NCBI GenBank assembly: GCA_904063045.1
Contig: CAJFCJ010000032.1
Location: 62,001 to 126,000 of the forward strand
Direction: 5' to 3'
Length of the DNA: 64,000 nt
DNA from: Dimorphilus gyrociliatus
Taxonomy: Eukaryota; Animalia; Annelida
Position 1 is the stretch's first letter; each line of letters starts with the position of its first letter. Below the pieces are notes generated by a model. The model saw nothing but the letters and a program-made list of their open reading frames with translations, did no database searches and had not been told where the DNA came from. Made by a program: the position numbers and the translations under genes. Of this stretch, positions 62,932 to 64,000 are shown piece by piece.

Positions 62932-64000
62932 TTACATTCAGTATATTAGAAAGCATATGAAATACATATATATAGTATATACTGTTTATACCATTTCATT
63001 ACAATATGTACAAAGGTAGTGTAGCTTTGGATAATTTTCTTCAATATAACATATAAAAGAAAAAATCTGTAAAAAGTAAAGCACTCGGCTATAACTGGTT
63101 TATAGCCGACAATATTGACGCCATCGTAAGTCATTTGGCTTTTGCACGCTATACGCTATACTTTATTTTCTAATAAATTTAATCTTATTATAGATTTTTT
63201 TCCTTTATTTTTTTTTAATTTTTTTCTTTTTTTCTTTCTCTCTTTCTTTCATTGTTTTGTTTATATTGTTCCTTTTTATAGTTTACATAATCGACTATAT
63301 AACCGATCAGTCAGACAATTAATCGATTAAAAATTTCAAAATATATGACACTATGAGTAATAGTAAGTTAATAAGAACATTCTTCAGTCTTATTATTCTC
63401 TCCCTCTCTCTCTCTCTATAATACCCTTCGTCAAATTCTCCGAAACGAGCTGAGAAAGTGAATGGTAATGTTATTCGTTGCTCTTCGTCGATTTAATGGA
63501 TTTAGATGAAACTGGAAAGTCAATTTCAGTTATTGAAAGGGAATGTTTAGGGAAGGACTAAGAAATTTGTCTTTTTTCATAATACAAATGCTATCAGCTC
63601 GATTTTCGTCATTTTTCTCTGACACCTGGAAACCAGGGATAAATCCCAATTGGCTCTTTTTTTTTCGAGTTCCAATTTGCTTTCAGTAAACTGTCCAAAT
63701 TATACTAATAATTGGGCTAAGAGTTGAATAATTATCATGAAATTTTTATATCTCTATACTTTCAAGTGACATTTCTTTTATGTACTATTTTCCTATTATT
63801 ATTTTATAATAATAATATAAAAAACAATTCTTTATAGAATCCTCTCATTAACCAATTCTCTATTTCCGGTGCTCGTGTCCTTGTGTTTCGCTTCGTTAGC
63901 AGAATGAATGTTAATTATGATGGTAATTAATAAAATTCTCTTGCAGTAATAATTATTTCCACCTTGTTAAAATTGATTCGATGCTGCTCTAACCTATGTT

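Noticed and set aside
1-64000. tRNA, rRNA, CRISPR arrays, intact transposases
   Set aside because: The GTTCGA-like hits I saw lack cloverleaf context, there are no spaced direct repeats, and no long transposase or RT ORF is present.

Overview
This is eukaryotic, very AT-rich DNA (roughly 30% GC by eye) from a compact bilaterian invertebrate genome. A miniature spiralian such as the annelid Dimorphilus is a guess, not verified. I rebuilt ten spliced genes by hand, checking splice phase and frame. In order: PHLDB/LL5-like PH protein (+, 5' end not found), HMGB (-), a small stand-alone WGR-domain-like protein (-), an FMRFamide-receptor-like class A GPCR (-), a 4-EF-hand calmodulin-like protein (-), a large-Maf bZIP factor (+), a miniaturised FOG/U-shaped zinc-finger cofactor (-), synaptotagmin-7-like (-), an ankyrin + death-domain protein (-) and a neuromedin-U/PRXamide-type GPCR (-). 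Most other ORFs in the track are low-complexity artefacts. I saw no tRNA, rRNA or CRISPR array. Main observations: (1) 4 of 22 modelled introns need weak-looking GC donors; (2) a ~256-aa FOG whose single 5.1-kb intron is packed with GATA sites, often next to GGCG; (3) a bacterial-style stand-alone WGR protein encoded by a three-exon gene; (4) recurrent CTCF-like motifs near 5' ends; (5) a palindromic double CRE in the Maf promoter; (6) a Ginger/KRBA2-like integrase remnant in an intron; (7) TA-CWG-TA interruptions of TA tracts resembling Tc1/mariner footprints. All counts are hand counts, and expectations are rough iid estimates.
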